NCBI RefSeq assembly: GCF_026571515.1
Contig: NW_026852812.1
Span: 126,256 to 190,255, forward strand
Source of the DNA: Ruditapes philippinarum
Taxonomy: Eukaryota
Direction of reading: 5' to 3'
Length of the DNA stretch: 64,000 bases
Below are positions 29,641 to 42,281 of this stretch, in pieces. Below the pieces are notes generated by a model, which was given only the letters and a program-made list of their open reading frames with translations, had not been told where the DNA came from and ran no database searches. Each line of letters opens with the position of its first letter. The stretch's first letter is position 1. Position numbers and translations under genes: made by a program.

Positions 29641-30259
29641 AGGCCTAAAAAAAAAATTGATGTGTTTCTGGTGGCGAGGTGAAAAAAGTAGGGTCGGTAG
29701 GTCGGACTTTTTTTTTTTTTTTTTTTAGTCAATCAACGATTGTAGATATGTCAGATACGGATTATATGTACTTTAAATTATATTCTATAGCATATAAAAG
29801 TACTTAAAATGTTAGACTACCAAACCTAGTCTTCAATATTTTATTTTGAAATAAATTTTACCAATGGCATGACTCGACTTTCGTTTTCATTTTTTTTATT
29901 CTTACCGAACAACTGGCTTCAATTTTAATATTATCACTCTTAACATGACCATGCACGTCCGAAAAATGTTTTGAGCTGTTTTGCCAAACTATGATCGTAT
30001 TTTTAAAGAAAATCGCCAGCAGTGACACTTCCGCTGCACCCTTGTTGTGCCGCCATATTAGCCGGTGCACGTTAATACGTAATTGGAACCCGAATCGTCG
30101 GTGCCTCACATCGTTGTCGACTCGCAATACTAAAACCCGTCTTCGGTACGGTCGGTACAGGCGCCATTTTTTTTTTGTACATCGATAAAAAACTTTGGGT
30201 CGGCGCTAAAAAATAGGGTCGGTCGGGCCACCGGAAACACAACATTTTTTTTTAGGCCT
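29641..30259. mobile_element. MITE of about 620 bp with roughly 35-bp TIRs of the form aggcctaaaaaaaaaattgatgtgtttctggtggc...gccaccggaaacacaacatttttttttaggcct.
   Basis: The TIRs are read directly from the sequence. A possible 3-bp TSD, TCA, flanks the ggcc ends, and the subterminal repeat gggtcggt(c/a)gg occurs on both sides. ORFs 29858..30127(-) and 29991..30188(+) are artefacts. Confidence 0.6.
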
Positions 30260-30967
30260 CAGAGAGCAAAAATTCATTAAGTGTGGCATGTAAATAGAAA
30301 TAAGTCTAGAAGTCCAAATTTAGGAAGCCTTTTGAATTTCAGGGGGATAAAAGGATGCATGCACGAGTCTTCTTTGACAGGTACACACACTGGCCGTTGC
30401 TTTCGCAGAAGTGGTGGGTCAACCGCAGCAAGGTTGGATTAAAAATGGCCCTTTGCTGTTGTTGGTAAGTTTATGACTGAATTTAACTTTATGTTTTAAT
30501 GTTTAACTAGAAATACCTAGTGAGATGGAAGCCAACATATGTCCATAATTCAATGATAATACAATGAATTCAGTGTTGAATCTAGGCCACTTGATTACGC
30601 GATTTGCGTATATTTTATGCACATTGTGCATTTTAAAGAAGTCAATGCGCGCCAAGTCGCGCATCTGATGATCTTTTCAACTTAATTCAGGTTATCTTCA
30701 TCGTATCTTGAATGCTTCAGCCATGTTTGTTTTCACTCGCGGTTACAACTAAAATACGTACTAAATCGCATGTAGCAGCAAAGGGGATCATCTCGCATAC
30801 ATGTGTTTTGTAGTATTCATCAATATTTTATTTTTCTATTTCTGTTGTTGTTTGACAATAGCTGTCAAAAATGCCTGAACGTAAAATAGTGAATTCTTTT
30901 AGGTATGTCATATTGTAAGGTAAATGTCCCCCATATTTTTCAGAAATAATTATTTAATGGCCATTTC

Positions 30968-31448
30968 TATGCTTAAATCAGACTTCCTGAAAGTTGAAAA
31001 AAACTGTCAGACATTCGGTCTGACAAACCATGAAAATCTGTCGACCGAAACGAAATCTGTCAGACCGAATAAAATTGATCAAAATCAAAGAAAAACTTAT
31101 GTTTGTATTTGTAAGATACTTTTTGGTTTTAATTTTTTCGCCGTAAAAATCGGCACATTCCATACAGAGCATTTTTATCTCCTTCCTGTCATACACCAAC
31201 GATTCATGGCCCTGCTTCCATTTTTCATTAAATTTTCTCTCAGGTCTATTCTTTTCATCCTTTTATTGCTGTTCTGCGCGCTCCTCTGACGTAGATATTC
31301 GTTTTTTCCCAGGTTTGGCACCTTTAGCGACGCCATTTTGTATACATGCGGCTTGGATAAAACCGGACAGTCGGACAGATCCGAAATAAAAAATCGTCAG
31401 ACCTGATCAAAATTCATCGGACATGTCCGTCGGACCGACATATTTCGG
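30968..31448. mobile_element. MITE of about 480 bp with TIRs agacttcctgaaa.../...tttcgggaagtct and subterminal gtctgac and gtcggac repeats.
   Basis: The left end agacttcctgaaagttgaaaaaaactgtcagacattcggtctgac pairs with the right end gtcggaccgacatatttcgggaagtcttag. An adjacent 55-bp hairpin lies at 31456-31514. Confidence 0.55.
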
Positions 31449-32966
31449 GAAGTCTTAGTCCAATAGATTAGACGTTACAGGCTTGTTATAGTTTTATGTT
31501 GGTCAAGCCTGACGTCTAATAGTTATTGCTCATAAACGCGTAGCATTTTGAAAAATTAAAAAACTGTCTGTTGGCTTGCCTTTCAAGCTTTATTCAAAAG
31601 CTTATTTTCTGTTCTTTCAATTGCATGGTCTATCATTAACAAAAACTTTCAAACAATGTACTTACCAATTAAAAATAAAATAGAAATATCAGTCTATTTC
31701 GCTCATCGGCCATACTGGTTAAGTAAAGCGTTTTACAGATTGATTCCAATTTTTTGAACGGAAAAATATATTCGAACACACTGACGGTGCATGGGCAATT
31801 ATTTCGTTAAAAAAATATTCCGTTAGAAACTTCTGGACTCATTTAAACGCTTGCATTTGTATTAGCCAATCAGATTTCTCGCACTTTATGGCGGCCATTT
31901 GTATATCGGCTGTACAAGGAATTTAATTAAATGAGAGGATTTAATCATGACTTTTCGGATGTGACAGTTAAATTATTTTGTTAAAAGGTATTTATTTTTT
32001 AGTTTTGTTTATAAATAGGTCAAAATTAATGTAAATACAGGCTGTTTTAATTGTTTAAATTCATTAGATCTAAATCGATGTCTAATGTCATTTTTTTTGC
32101 TACACGATTTTGCAAAGATCTGTTAAGACCTAACGTAACATGGAAAATGAAAAATGTAAAATATCAGATTAATGAATGATGAATATGAAATAGGTTACGT
32201 ATAGGTCTTATAATTAGGACTAGGGAAGTCTGTGTTAAATGGAAGAATACAGCACTATAACTAGTCTCAAGAGGTGAAAACTACTATATTGTGACATAGA
32301 AATGACAATGCTCAGTTTGGGACCCTAATAGGGTTTGATATTTTCCTGATTATCCTGTGCTAGGATGTCATGCACTCACTTTTCACTAAATTTGGAAGGG
32401 GTTCCTAGCCTTCAGAAGAAAATGGTTGTCAATACTATAACGAAATACTTGTACAATTCTGAAAAAGGAACTTTCAATACACTTAACACATATATACATA
32501 AATTGTTAATCACAAGGATCTTATCAAAATATCTTAATTGCAATCAATTTACAAATTCACGTGCACTAAAAAGTCATAACAGCCTTTGTTTGGAATGGCA
32601 AACTACAAACAATATCTTACTGTTCTACGGTTTTACTACAACTTAAAATTAATCACCTTGTATGTCTGGATTATAATTTTGCGATGTCAATGGCGAAATA
32701 GACTTAATGGATCAGCAACACAGTATTTTCTTTGAGCTTTTCCGCGGGATTCCTCGCGCTATTCAGTTGAACTCTTACAAATGTTAGTTCTCGTTATTTC
32801 ACGAGGGATACGAGATATATATTTTTTTTATCAAACATATATTTTTTTATTTGAACTACTAAATTGTAACGTTACATTTAAGAGGAACATTATATTTCTA
32901 TGTTTATGTTATATATTTTGATAAAGAAAATAATTATAAATTAAAACTTTCATTTTGTAAACAAAT

Positions 32967-33005
32967 ATGGCGGACATTAAGGCTTTGGAACATCCCACGT
33001 TAAAG
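32967..33005 (+). CDS. MAEA: MAEA exon 1. It begins at the start codon, encodes MADIKALEHPTLK and ends in phase 0.
   Basis: ATGGCGGACATTAAGGCTTTGGAACATCCCACGTTAAAG|gttaat. This matches human ..[17 protein letters not shown] at the same exon junction. CpG-containing sequence lies immediately upstream. Confidence 0.72.
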
Positions 33006-35039
33006 GTTAATTTTAAATTATATTAAAGATTATTGCTATATAAATAGCGAAACTTGAGCAACAATGTTTAAAATTCAGCTTTCTTCATATTTCTTGCATG
33101 CAAGAACTCATGTCTTTATTTAATTACGAGATAAACATAACAAAGTTTTCAGGGTGACAAGGAATTTGTAATGGGGGTGATCTCAAAATTACCATTGATT
33201 GTCAAAAATTGCAATCAAAATAAAATTCATTGTCGTGTAATACTGAAAAAATGTCACTATGTTTATTTGGCCCTTAATGAGATATAAGACTTTGATGATC
33301 AACAATCACACTTTAAAGATTTGAATCATCTGTGAACAGCTATTGGAAAAAAAGAAATTTTAATAGCTTTCTGTTAATACTTTTTCTAGCTTAAGGTCTT
33401 CATGGTACCCATTTATATACTATGACATGACGTGAACGCTGACGACAGACCTGTAGGGAAAGTCCACCAATAATCGTGCCAGGAATCTGACACGCTCGTA
33501 TTCATTCATTGAACATGCCATGAAGTAAAGTGAAGCATACTTTGATAAAACTAGATATATAATCTGTTGATAAGCCAAGGATGGACAAATAAATATAAAC
33601 ATATTAATAAATTACTTTTTTTAAAGATATTGAAGAAGGTGATTTATTGACTTTTGTATTCAATATAATCATATTTAAGTACTAAAATATTAAATTAATG
33701 AAAATCAAATAAATAAAAACATTATCTTGAATTATAAATATCGAAATCATGTCAATAAACTTAAAGATGTTCTAAATATAGTACACGACTCTACTCTGAT
33801 AGGTTCCCGGGAATGACGTCATACGAGGTCTCGTGTGGCACCTAAATGTCATGGCCAACTGTACTAGGCATAATTGATGTTTTACAGTTAAATAGGCAAT
33901 TTTAATGACGGTATTAATATTTTGATACTTTAAATGGCATAAATTATTATTAAAATAATTGTTTTATCGCAAAATGCACAAGAATTGATTGGGACAAGGA
34001 TATTAATTTTGCAAGTGAAAAATAAGGTTAAATCAACTTGTGTTATTCTGGTTAGGTTTTGTAATGGGTCTAATCCAAAACTAAAATGCCGCATCAGGTG
34101 AAAAACAAAAATATTGAAAAGCGGCTTATAAAGTTTTGGAAGCCAGAACTATTCTTTTTCATGCATACATCTGACATAGAATTAACTATACTTGTATAGA
34201 TGCAGGGCTTTTTTTCCTTCTATAGCAGTGGCCAGTATAGGGCTGCTTCCCCAAAGAAAATTTATTTAAAATCATGCAGTTTTACCCAAAAAATGAATTT
34301 ACATCAAGTTTTTTCTTCCCCTTTAGCAATATACCGTGTATTTTTTCCCCAAAATTAAGGGCTTGGCTGCTTCTCCAACCTGTTAAGAAAAGCCCTGAGA
34401 TGTCTTTTCCCGCCTTTTCACCCCCGCCCCCTTCCCCCATTTTAGGCCACAAATAGTGAAAAAAATGCCCTATTTAGTCACCAAAAACTTGTTTTCATTT
34501 GAAAAATTATCACTTTCGGCACCATCTGGTATCAAAAAGATACATCGAGGGGGTGCCAGAGAGGGGGGGGGGGTGATGTCTCCCTCTGTTTCAGGGTTTG
34601 AAGGGTGTCAGCAGACCCCCTTATCTCAAAGAAAATTGTGGACTTGTAAGAGGCTAAAAATGGTCTCCGGTCAACCTTAAAGTAATATATTACAAATGCT
34701 AAAAAGCCTTTGACTCTATCCCAATCCATTGAGAAGTTGCAGCACTTTGAAATCAGCTTTGATGGAATAGTCATTGCAAAATAGTGATTTTTGCAATTTT
34801 GAGATGTCCTCTCATTGCCATGGTAACAGGAAATTTAAGATTGAGTAGGCCATTACTAAGGCTATAGTCCAGTCAACATTTGAGCCACGTTTGAACAGAA
34901 TTGAAGCTTTTTTTAGCTCACCTGAGCACGAAGTGCTCAAAGGTGAGCTTTTGTCATCACTCTGCGTCCGTCGTGCGTCCTTCAAAAAATGGCGTCAAAC
35001 TTTTCAAACAACATCTCCTCCTAAACTACATGGCCAATT

Positions 35040-36280
35040 GCAACCAAACTTTACAGAAATGATCCTTAGGTGGACCCCTTTCAAAGTTGTTCAAAAATTT
35101 AAATTCCATTAAAAACTCTGGTTGCCATGGCAACCAATAAGAAAAACTTGAAAAATCTTCTTCTAAAAAACCGTAAGAGCTAGAGCTTAGATATTTGGCA
35201 TGAAACATCTTCTAATGAGTGCCTACCAAGTTTGTTCAAATCAAAGCCCTAGGGTCAAAATTGGCCCCGCCCCAGGGGGTCATTGATTTTCCCTATATGC
35301 ATATAGTAAAAACTTAAAAAATCTTCTTTTAAAGAACTCAAAGAGCTAGAGCTAAGATATTTAGCATGAAACATGTTCTAATAGGTGTCTACCAAGTTTG
35401 TTCAAATAAAAGCCCTGGGGTCAAAATTGGCTCCGCCCCGGGGGTCATTGATTTTCCTTATATGTGTATAGCAAAAACTTAAAAAAATCTTCTTTAAAAA
35501 AACCCAAATAGCTGGAGTTTAGCTATTAAGCATGAAACATCCTCTAGTGAGTGTCTACAAAAGTTTGTTCAAATCAAAGCCCTGGGGTCAAAATTGGCCC
35601 CGCCCCGGGGGTCATTGATTTTCCTTATATGACTGTGTATAGCAAAAACTTAAAAATCTTCTTTGAAAAAACCCAGATAGCTAGTGTTTAGATATAAAGC
35701 ATGAAACATCTTCTAGTGAGTGTCTACCAAGTGTGTTCAAATAAAAGCCCTAGGGTCAAAATTGGCCCCGCCCCAGGATGTCTTTGATTTTCCCTATATG
35801 CATATAGTTAAAACTTAAAAAATCTTCTTTTAAAGAACCCAAAGAGCTAGAGCTAAGATATTTAGCATGAAACATCTTCTAATGAGTGTCTACAAAGTTT
35901 GTTCAAATAAAAGCCCTAGGGTCAAAATTGGCCCTGCCCCCGGGGGACATTGATTTTCCCTATGTGCATATAGTAAAAACTTAAAAAATCTTCTTTTAAA
36001 GAACTCAAAGAGCTAGAGCTAAGATATTTAGCATGAAACATGTTCTCATGGGTGTCTACCAAGTTTGTTCAAATAAAAGCCCTGGGGTCAAAATTGGCCC
36101 CGCCCCGGGGGTCATTCATTAGCTTGATTTTTTTTGTTAAGATATATACATATTATATATATACACATATATATTTAATATTTATATATATATGCATGCA
36201 TACATATACAACCAAGTTTGTTCAAATAAAAGCCCTGGGGTTTAAACTGGCCCCGCTCCAGGGGCCTATATACAGGTGAG
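35040..36280. repeat. Tandem satellite of about 195 bp with roughly 6 units, in MAEA intron 1. It is preceded by a hairpin plus the gcgtccgtcgtgcgtcc leader at 34915-34990.
   Basis: The unit is ..gtttgttcaaat(c/a)aaagccctagggtcaaaattggccccgccccagggggtcattgattttccctatatgcatatagtaaaaacttaaaaaatcttcttttaaagaactcaaagagctagagctaagatatttagcatgaaacat.., seen repeatedly. The AT-rich block 36120-36220 interrupts the array. Confidence 0.85.
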
Positions 36281-37701
36281 CGACTTTGGGCCATCATGGC
36301 CCTCTTGTTTATAGTTTCATACAATCATAGCAATTTGAACTTGTAACAAGAGGCTTTTCAATGAAAACAGCCATTTTTTCACAAAATGCTCATGAAGAAA
36401 TGGGTTAAAAGTTAAAATTATGCTAATGAGAACCCTGAAGTTAATCTTTAATATAACACTGTTTCACTTTAATATTATTTCAAAGTACAAAGAAATTTTC
36501 CCTTTTCTTGAACAGATTTTTTTTTCAGAAATAGAAAGAAAAAGAATTGAAAAGGGAATCCATGGGGAATTTCAACCTAAATTTGGCCCTTAAAATCACT
36601 GGCAGTGGGTTATTAATGACTCTAGCAGCATTATCTAATAACTCATCTGTCCGTGACTCTTTCCTCAGAATTATGAAACAAGAATTTAGCGTAACAACAA
36701 TATTGTAGCAGTGCATAAATACATGTACATGTATTGTAATTTTCCCTGTTAACTGTGTGTGTTATTCACTTTACACTACCTCTGCTACCTGTTGGAAACC
36801 AAAAGTGGTTAAATACATGTAGCTTTAGCCACCAGAATGCTATTCTGCACTTCCATATTAAGCATGGTATAGACTGTTCCGGATTCAAAGCTTGGCAAAT
36901 CCATTACACAAATTCAGTAGGTAAAGGGTTAAAGTAACCACCATTTCCCCATGTGATTTCGTTTTCTAACTTTTTGAAGGCAATATCATCTTCTATACTT
37001 TAGTTTTCAATTGATAAACACAACAACTACAATATCCATGGCCACGCAAACATGTAGATATAGAGTTTGATGCATTTCAGAAAACTTTTAAAAATCTTTT
37101 TAAACACTGAAAGCTATATTTAAATCATAATTGAGAGGAAGCTTTGACATCATACACGTAAAATCTCTACTAGGGATTTATTATCCTGCAAGGTTGCATT
37201 TTCATGCAATTTTTCAAAACCATGTTTGACACAAGAACATTTACTGATACCTACTCCACTATTTTTTCTTCATTTGTTATGGTAAACAAAGAAGAAGTTG
37301 CCAAAATGTAAAAAAAAAAAAGCAATACAGATAAAGAAGATGTAAATTATTCTCAGAAATAGATGAAAATGTCAACACTATTTCATGTTGCATTTTGGAG
37401 GCGGGTTACGATTATCTAGTGATTAGTGAGTTAAAATGTTTTCATACTAAGCTTTGAAAATTTTTGTTTACTAATTCTGACAGGTACATTTAGAATATTT
37501 ACAATCGTACATGTAAGTGAGAAATTATTCAGCTTGCTTTAAATAGCTTTATGACAGATTGATGATTCGATTATTCAGCTGATATTCAGGGAAGTTTGCA
37601 TGGGAGTTTTCCTTCACTGCTGTAGCTTGAATGTCACCATACAGTGGTAAAACTTGTACATTAAACTTTTTAAAAAAATCCACAAGTTTATTATATTTTA
37701 G

Positions 37702-37887
37702 GTGCCGTATGAGCTACTGAACAAGAAGTTCCGCACAGCTCAGAAAACGATAGACAGAGAGATATCGAAAGTTCACGGAGCTGGAGGAGAATTGGAGGTA
37801 TGCCTTCAAAAACCACAGGTTACCATTGGAGAAGTGACAAAGGCACTGGACAATATGGTAGAGAAACTCAAGCTTTTGAAGAGAAAG
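37702..37887 (+). CDS. MAEA: MAEA exon 2.
   Basis: Translation VPYELLNKKFRTAQKTIDREISKVHGAGGELEVCLQKPQVTIGEVTKALDNMVEKLKLLKRK matches human [61 protein letters not shown]. The acceptor is ttttag, the donor is gtataa, and the frame matches ORF 37702..37893(+), which uses a GTG start. Confidence 0.9.
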
Positions 37888-37919
37888 GTATAACATATAA
37901 AGTATATTTTCAATCTTTA

Positions 37920-38155
37920 AACAGTATGATAAGACTTAACTTCAAACCTTTAGCCCCTCACTGTTGTGGCTTCAAATCCTGACAGGGACTTAAGATTCTT
38001 TCATGTGAGGAAGATATCTAGCTAGCTTACCAAACGCCGGTGGTCCTACTCAGCTGCCTGTTTGTGCCTGAAATAATGCACGGAAGGGCACCTGAGGTCT
38101 TTCTCCACTTGTAAAGCTGAACGTTGCCATTTGACCTATTCTGTGTTGGCGCGAC
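37920..38155 (+). mobile_element. SINE family C copy, head-truncated, in MAEA intron 2 immediately 3' of the exon 2 donor.
   Basis: It is about 75% identical to 58981-59170 over about 200 bp (ttgtggcttcaaatcctgacagggacttaagattctttcatgtgaggaagatatctagctagcttacc...ctgaaataatgcacggaagg). Confidence 0.6.
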
Positions 38156-38985
38156 CTAAAACCCAATCAAATAAACAGACAAATTTGTTATGCTTTGAAT
38201 TTGAAAATTTTCATTGTTAATTTCCCGAATTTTCATGTCAAAACAATAAAATTCAGCACAGCCCTGAGTGTAGTCAGATTTCACAAAAGGTTTAAAACCA
38301 GACTGTCCTGGTTGTATACACTTGGCCTGTAATTTTTACCACTACTAAAATTAATACTGCCTTTTAAGTTTATTCACCTTTTAGTAAAAGTAAATTCACT
38401 GTTTTTTATGGCCCCTCTTGGGGTTGGGGGTGATGTAGATTTGCCCATGCCAGTCTGTCAAGCTGTATATCTTTAAACTGATAATACATTGGAATAAAGG
38501 GCATCTGTGTCCTATGGAGACAAATTTAGTTACTTGATTCAAATCTAGAAAATGGTACATTTTATATCATTGTAGAGAACAAGTTACAAATATTTCTGGA
38601 AAAGACTATAAAAATATTTAATTATGAAAATAAGTGTCCTGAATTATTTGCCTGAATTACTGTATAAACCAGGCATTAACCCTAATCTGCAAGTGCCCCA
38701 CATGATAAGCAGTCTGACCTGGCCTGTTGGCTGACCAATTTCAAATTTTCGTCTTGATATCAAGATAATTAAAAATGGATGGTTTATAAATTGAAGTTGG
38801 AAGTTCATGTACTTAATTCAGCAGGTCAGACTTTAGTTTAAGATCAACCTCCACAACAAACATGGTGATTATGCACTCAAGACTTGTTATTGTTATGCTT
38901 TATTAATAGAAAATAAAAATGAATTAAATATTACATGTGTATATATTTAAAATTTAAATGCAGTTAAATTTTTATCTGTGTTTAG

Positions 38986-39189
38986 GCTGATGAAAGTGTT
39001 AATGAAGAGCTTGAGGCTGCTAGAATGATAAAGAGGCGTGTTGACCATCTGAAGGAGGCGGAGCATCTTCATGAACATACACGCCCTCTTTGGCAGAAGA
39101 AACGTTTGGATAGGATGTTAGTTGAATATTTCTTAAGAGCCGGCTATTACAATACAGCATTGAAATTAGCCCAGCATTCAGAGATAGAG
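38986..39189 (+). CDS. MAEA: MAEA exon 3, covering the LisH and CTLH region.
   Basis: Translation ADESVNEELEAARMIKRRVDHLKEAEHLHEHTRPLWQKKRLDRMLVEYFLRAGYYNTALKLAQHSEIE matches human [25 protein letters not shown]...[33 protein letters not shown]. The acceptor is tgtgtttag, the donor is gtacag, and the frame is checked against ORF 39025..39207. Confidence 0.9.
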
Positions 39190-40739
39190 GTACAGTATAA
39201 TAGCTAAAATACAATGTACATGTATGCGTGGAGAGTTTATGAATTAAGAGTTTTATTTTATCTAAATTTAACTCCTGTTGATTGTGGTTATCACACTTAC
39301 ATACATGTACCTAAATACCTGACAGAACTGAAATAAAATAAAATAAGGTATCATTAATCATTAATTTAATGCTTTTTGAATATTCAAATTAAGTGATGAA
39401 CTGACATATAATATGATATTGTTTACTTTTTTGTGTTTTGAGTTCTGGATGAGACATTTAAATGGCAATATAGTTAGTCATTTTAGTGAAGAGGTTCTTT
39501 GTCATTCATCTGTGATATACCTTGAATCCTTTTTGGACCAGATTTAGCATGCTTTATGAATTTGAAATGGTCCATGATTAATTTCAGAGATTTGTATTTC
39601 AAAATGCTTTGAAGCTAGTATCCAGTTAGTATAATAGGGTGTGATCAATCTGACTAGGTATTGCAGTGATTTTTTTTTTGGCAATTTTCAAAACAACCAT
39701 GGTCCTTCTTAAGGGATGGTCTTTCTGAAGGGAAAAATAAACATGTAACGCGATAAATCAGAAAACGGAGGAATAACCTGAAATCAAATTCAAACAACTG
39801 AGAATGGAATTTACCCACACATTTTTTTAAAATTTTCAATTCAATTTAACATGCATGGTACATAGCAGAGGCTATTTATAGGGACAGCTTTCAATAAATT
39901 AGAATTATCAATTTGCTGATATAAATCAGCTGCTGTTAAGTCATGGTTCTGGTGAAGAATGTGCAGAGGGTATTTCGGGGGAAAATATAAAAAAGATTTG
40001 GCAGGTGGAGGGGGGTATACCTATTTTGGGCTAGGGGAAGCAGCTTTATTTGACTTTAAAATATAAGAAATAAAAATCACTGTATAATAGGCTTGTCAAA
40101 CTCACAATATCTGCTAGTGTTTGGAAAAGTTAAATATTTATTTGGAGAAATTGCAACAGATTAATGTTAATACAAAATCTGATGAATTATTTTATCAAGT
40201 TTTTACCTTTTTTTGTCTGCTGTTATTTTAATGGAAATCTGTCAGAACAAAAAAGTTCATGAACAAATATTAGTTGTAATGGTAAGACATTCTTCTCTGC
40301 AGACAAAGATTCTGTTCAAGTGTTAAGGACAGCAATTTTGTCATATTTTACATTAACCCCATATGTTTCTTGCTGCAGTAGTGAAATATTTGATTTCTAA
40401 TTTTCTTCTCTTCAGAATGAATTTTTTTTATCCTTGCCATGCATTGTTTATTCAAGCTATCCATTATAAGACATGTTTTAGTACTTATTTACATGTAAAT
40501 CTTTATGTAATGTCTGATCAATTTTTTTTTATCATGTCATTTCGCAATCTTCCCAATTTCCCTATGTCTGAAGCTTTTTTCTGGACTTGTATATTCGCCC
40601 ACTGTCTAGTGGAGAGGAATACTAGGACAAATATAGCTTGTTTAGAAACAAACATGAATTTGTTGACACAAAACAACTAGAGTGTTCTACTTATAATACA
40701 TATGATTTTTATTCTTAGATAGACAGTCTTCTCTTATTT

Positions 40740-41470
40740 CTTAACAAGAAAATTGGCAGGATTGTTCCTTTGGTGAAGGGCTTCCAAAGTTGTTCAAAGA
40801 ATTTGATTCCATGCAGAAATCAGGTTGCCATGGCAACCAAAAGGAATAATAAGAAAAAATTAAAAAATCTTCTTGTAAAGACCAACACGGCCTAGAGCTT
40901 AGATATTTTGCATAAGGCATTGTCTTGTAGACCTCTTCCAAGAATGTTCAAATTATAGCTCTGGGGTCAAAATTGGCCCCGGCCCAGGGGGTCACTGATT
41001 TTCACTATGTACATGTAGTAAAAACTTAGAATATCTTCTTGTCTGAAAGTACAAGGCTTAGAACTTTGATATTTGGTATATGATGACATCTATAGGTCCT
41101 CTACCAAAGTTGCTCAAATTTTGCCACTAGTGTCAAAGTTGGCCTGTCGGGGGGGGGGAGAAGGGTGGGGGGCTGGGAGGTCATTGATTTTCCATATATG
41201 TATATAGTAAAATCTTTAAAAATCTTCTCTGAATTGACAAAGGCTAGAGTCTAAATATTTTGCATAAGGTATTGTCTTGTAGACCTCTACCAAGATTGTT
41301 CAAATTATAGCCCTGGGGTCAAAATTGACCCTGCCTGGGGTCATTGATTTTCACTATGTGCATATAGTAAAAATTTAAAATATCTTCTTGTCTGAAGGTT
41401 CAAGGCTTAGAGTTTTGATATTTGGTATATGATATCATCCATAGGTCCTCTACCAAATTTTACCTCTAGT
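40740..41470. repeat. Related satellite array of about 200 bp with roughly 3.5 units, in MAEA intron 3.
   Basis: It has the same leader (ccaaagttgttcaaagaatttgattccat...ggttgccatggcaacc) and the same core (ggggtcaaaattggcccc.g.ccagggggtcactgattttcactat) as the 35040 array. ORFs 40741..40941(-) and 35026..35208(-) translate to similar pseudo-proteins. Confidence 0.8.
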
Positions 41471-41600
41471 GTCAAAATCTTGTTTGCACTTGTGATTATT
41501 ATTACATATTTTGCTCTTGTGGTCATTATTATTACATCTTTTGCTCTTGTGATCATTATTATTACATTTTTTTTTATCTTGTATACATAATCATAATTTT
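41470..41600. repeat. Tandem repeat of about 33 bp, cttgtg(a/g)t(t/c)attattattacat.ttttgct, in about 3.5 copies.
   Basis: Seen directly in the sequence. Confidence 0.8.
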
Positions 41601-41714
41601 TGCTTGTATGGTTATGGTTACATGTTTGCTTCATTTTATACAAAAGCAGCTCATTTTAAATCATTATCAATGTATGATGTCACATTGAGATGTATGTATA
41701 TTAATTTGTTACAG

Positions 41715-41837
41715 GACCTAACAAACATAGACTTATTTATGACATCAAAGGCCATTGAAGAATCATTAATCAATCATGAGACAGCCCCCTGTTTGAATTG
41801 GTGCTATGAAAATAAATCTAAACTTAGAAAATTGAAG
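41715..41837 (+). CDS. MAEA: MAEA exon 4.
   Basis: Translation [41 protein letters not shown] matches human [41 protein letters not shown]. The acceptor is ttgttacag, the donor is gtaattc, and the frame comes from ORF 41604..41873. Confidence 0.88.
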
Positions 41838-42203
41838 GTAATTCACTTTATGAATCTTTGCATGGTCATTTAGATTACGGTTGAGTAAAATCTACATTAT
41901 AGTTGAATATATTTAATATTTACAAGCATATAAGTTTATTGGTGTCAATGTTTTATAATGAATTCTCAGAAATAGTTTTTTATGGTGAAAAATTCTAATT
42001 TTGTAGATTTCTTTATAAATGATTTCAGTCATCAATTATGATGAATTGTTTATTGATATGATTCAGGGTTGATAAACAAAGCGTTTAGGTGAACAAAATT
42101 AAAACTTCATTTAGTTATATTGTAAAGTACTATGATATTTTGATATAAAAAGACACACAATTATGAAGAAGAAGAAAAAAAAATGTTTTTGTTTTGTTTT
42201 GAA

Positions 42204-42281
42204 GAGTACTCTGGAGTTTAAGCTACGACAACAAGAATTTATTGAAATGATTCGCAGTAACTGCCGTCTTGATGCAGTCAG
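42204..42281 (+). CDS. MAEA: MAEA exon 5, phase 0 to 2.
   Basis: Translation STLEFKLRQQEFIEMIRSNCRLDAV(R) matches human [26 protein letters not shown]. The acceptor is ttgttttgaag and the donor is AG|gtaagc. Coordinates are uncertain by 1 nt. Confidence 0.82.

Noticed and set aside
29858-30188. ORFs 29858..30127(-) and 29991..30188(+) inside 29641-30259.
   Set aside because: They lie within a TIR-bounded MITE. They show no homology and overlap on opposite strands.
34891-35208. ORFs 34891..35112(+) and 35026..35208(-), and ORF 40741..40941(-), which translate to similar peptides (..SYWLPWQPEF.. and ..SFWLPWQPDF..) and could be a repeated protein domain.
   Set aside because: The similarity comes from two copies of the same satellite leader containing the palindrome gttgccatggcaac. 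Both are intronic and lack splice signals, so this is DNA repeat conservation and not protein conservation.
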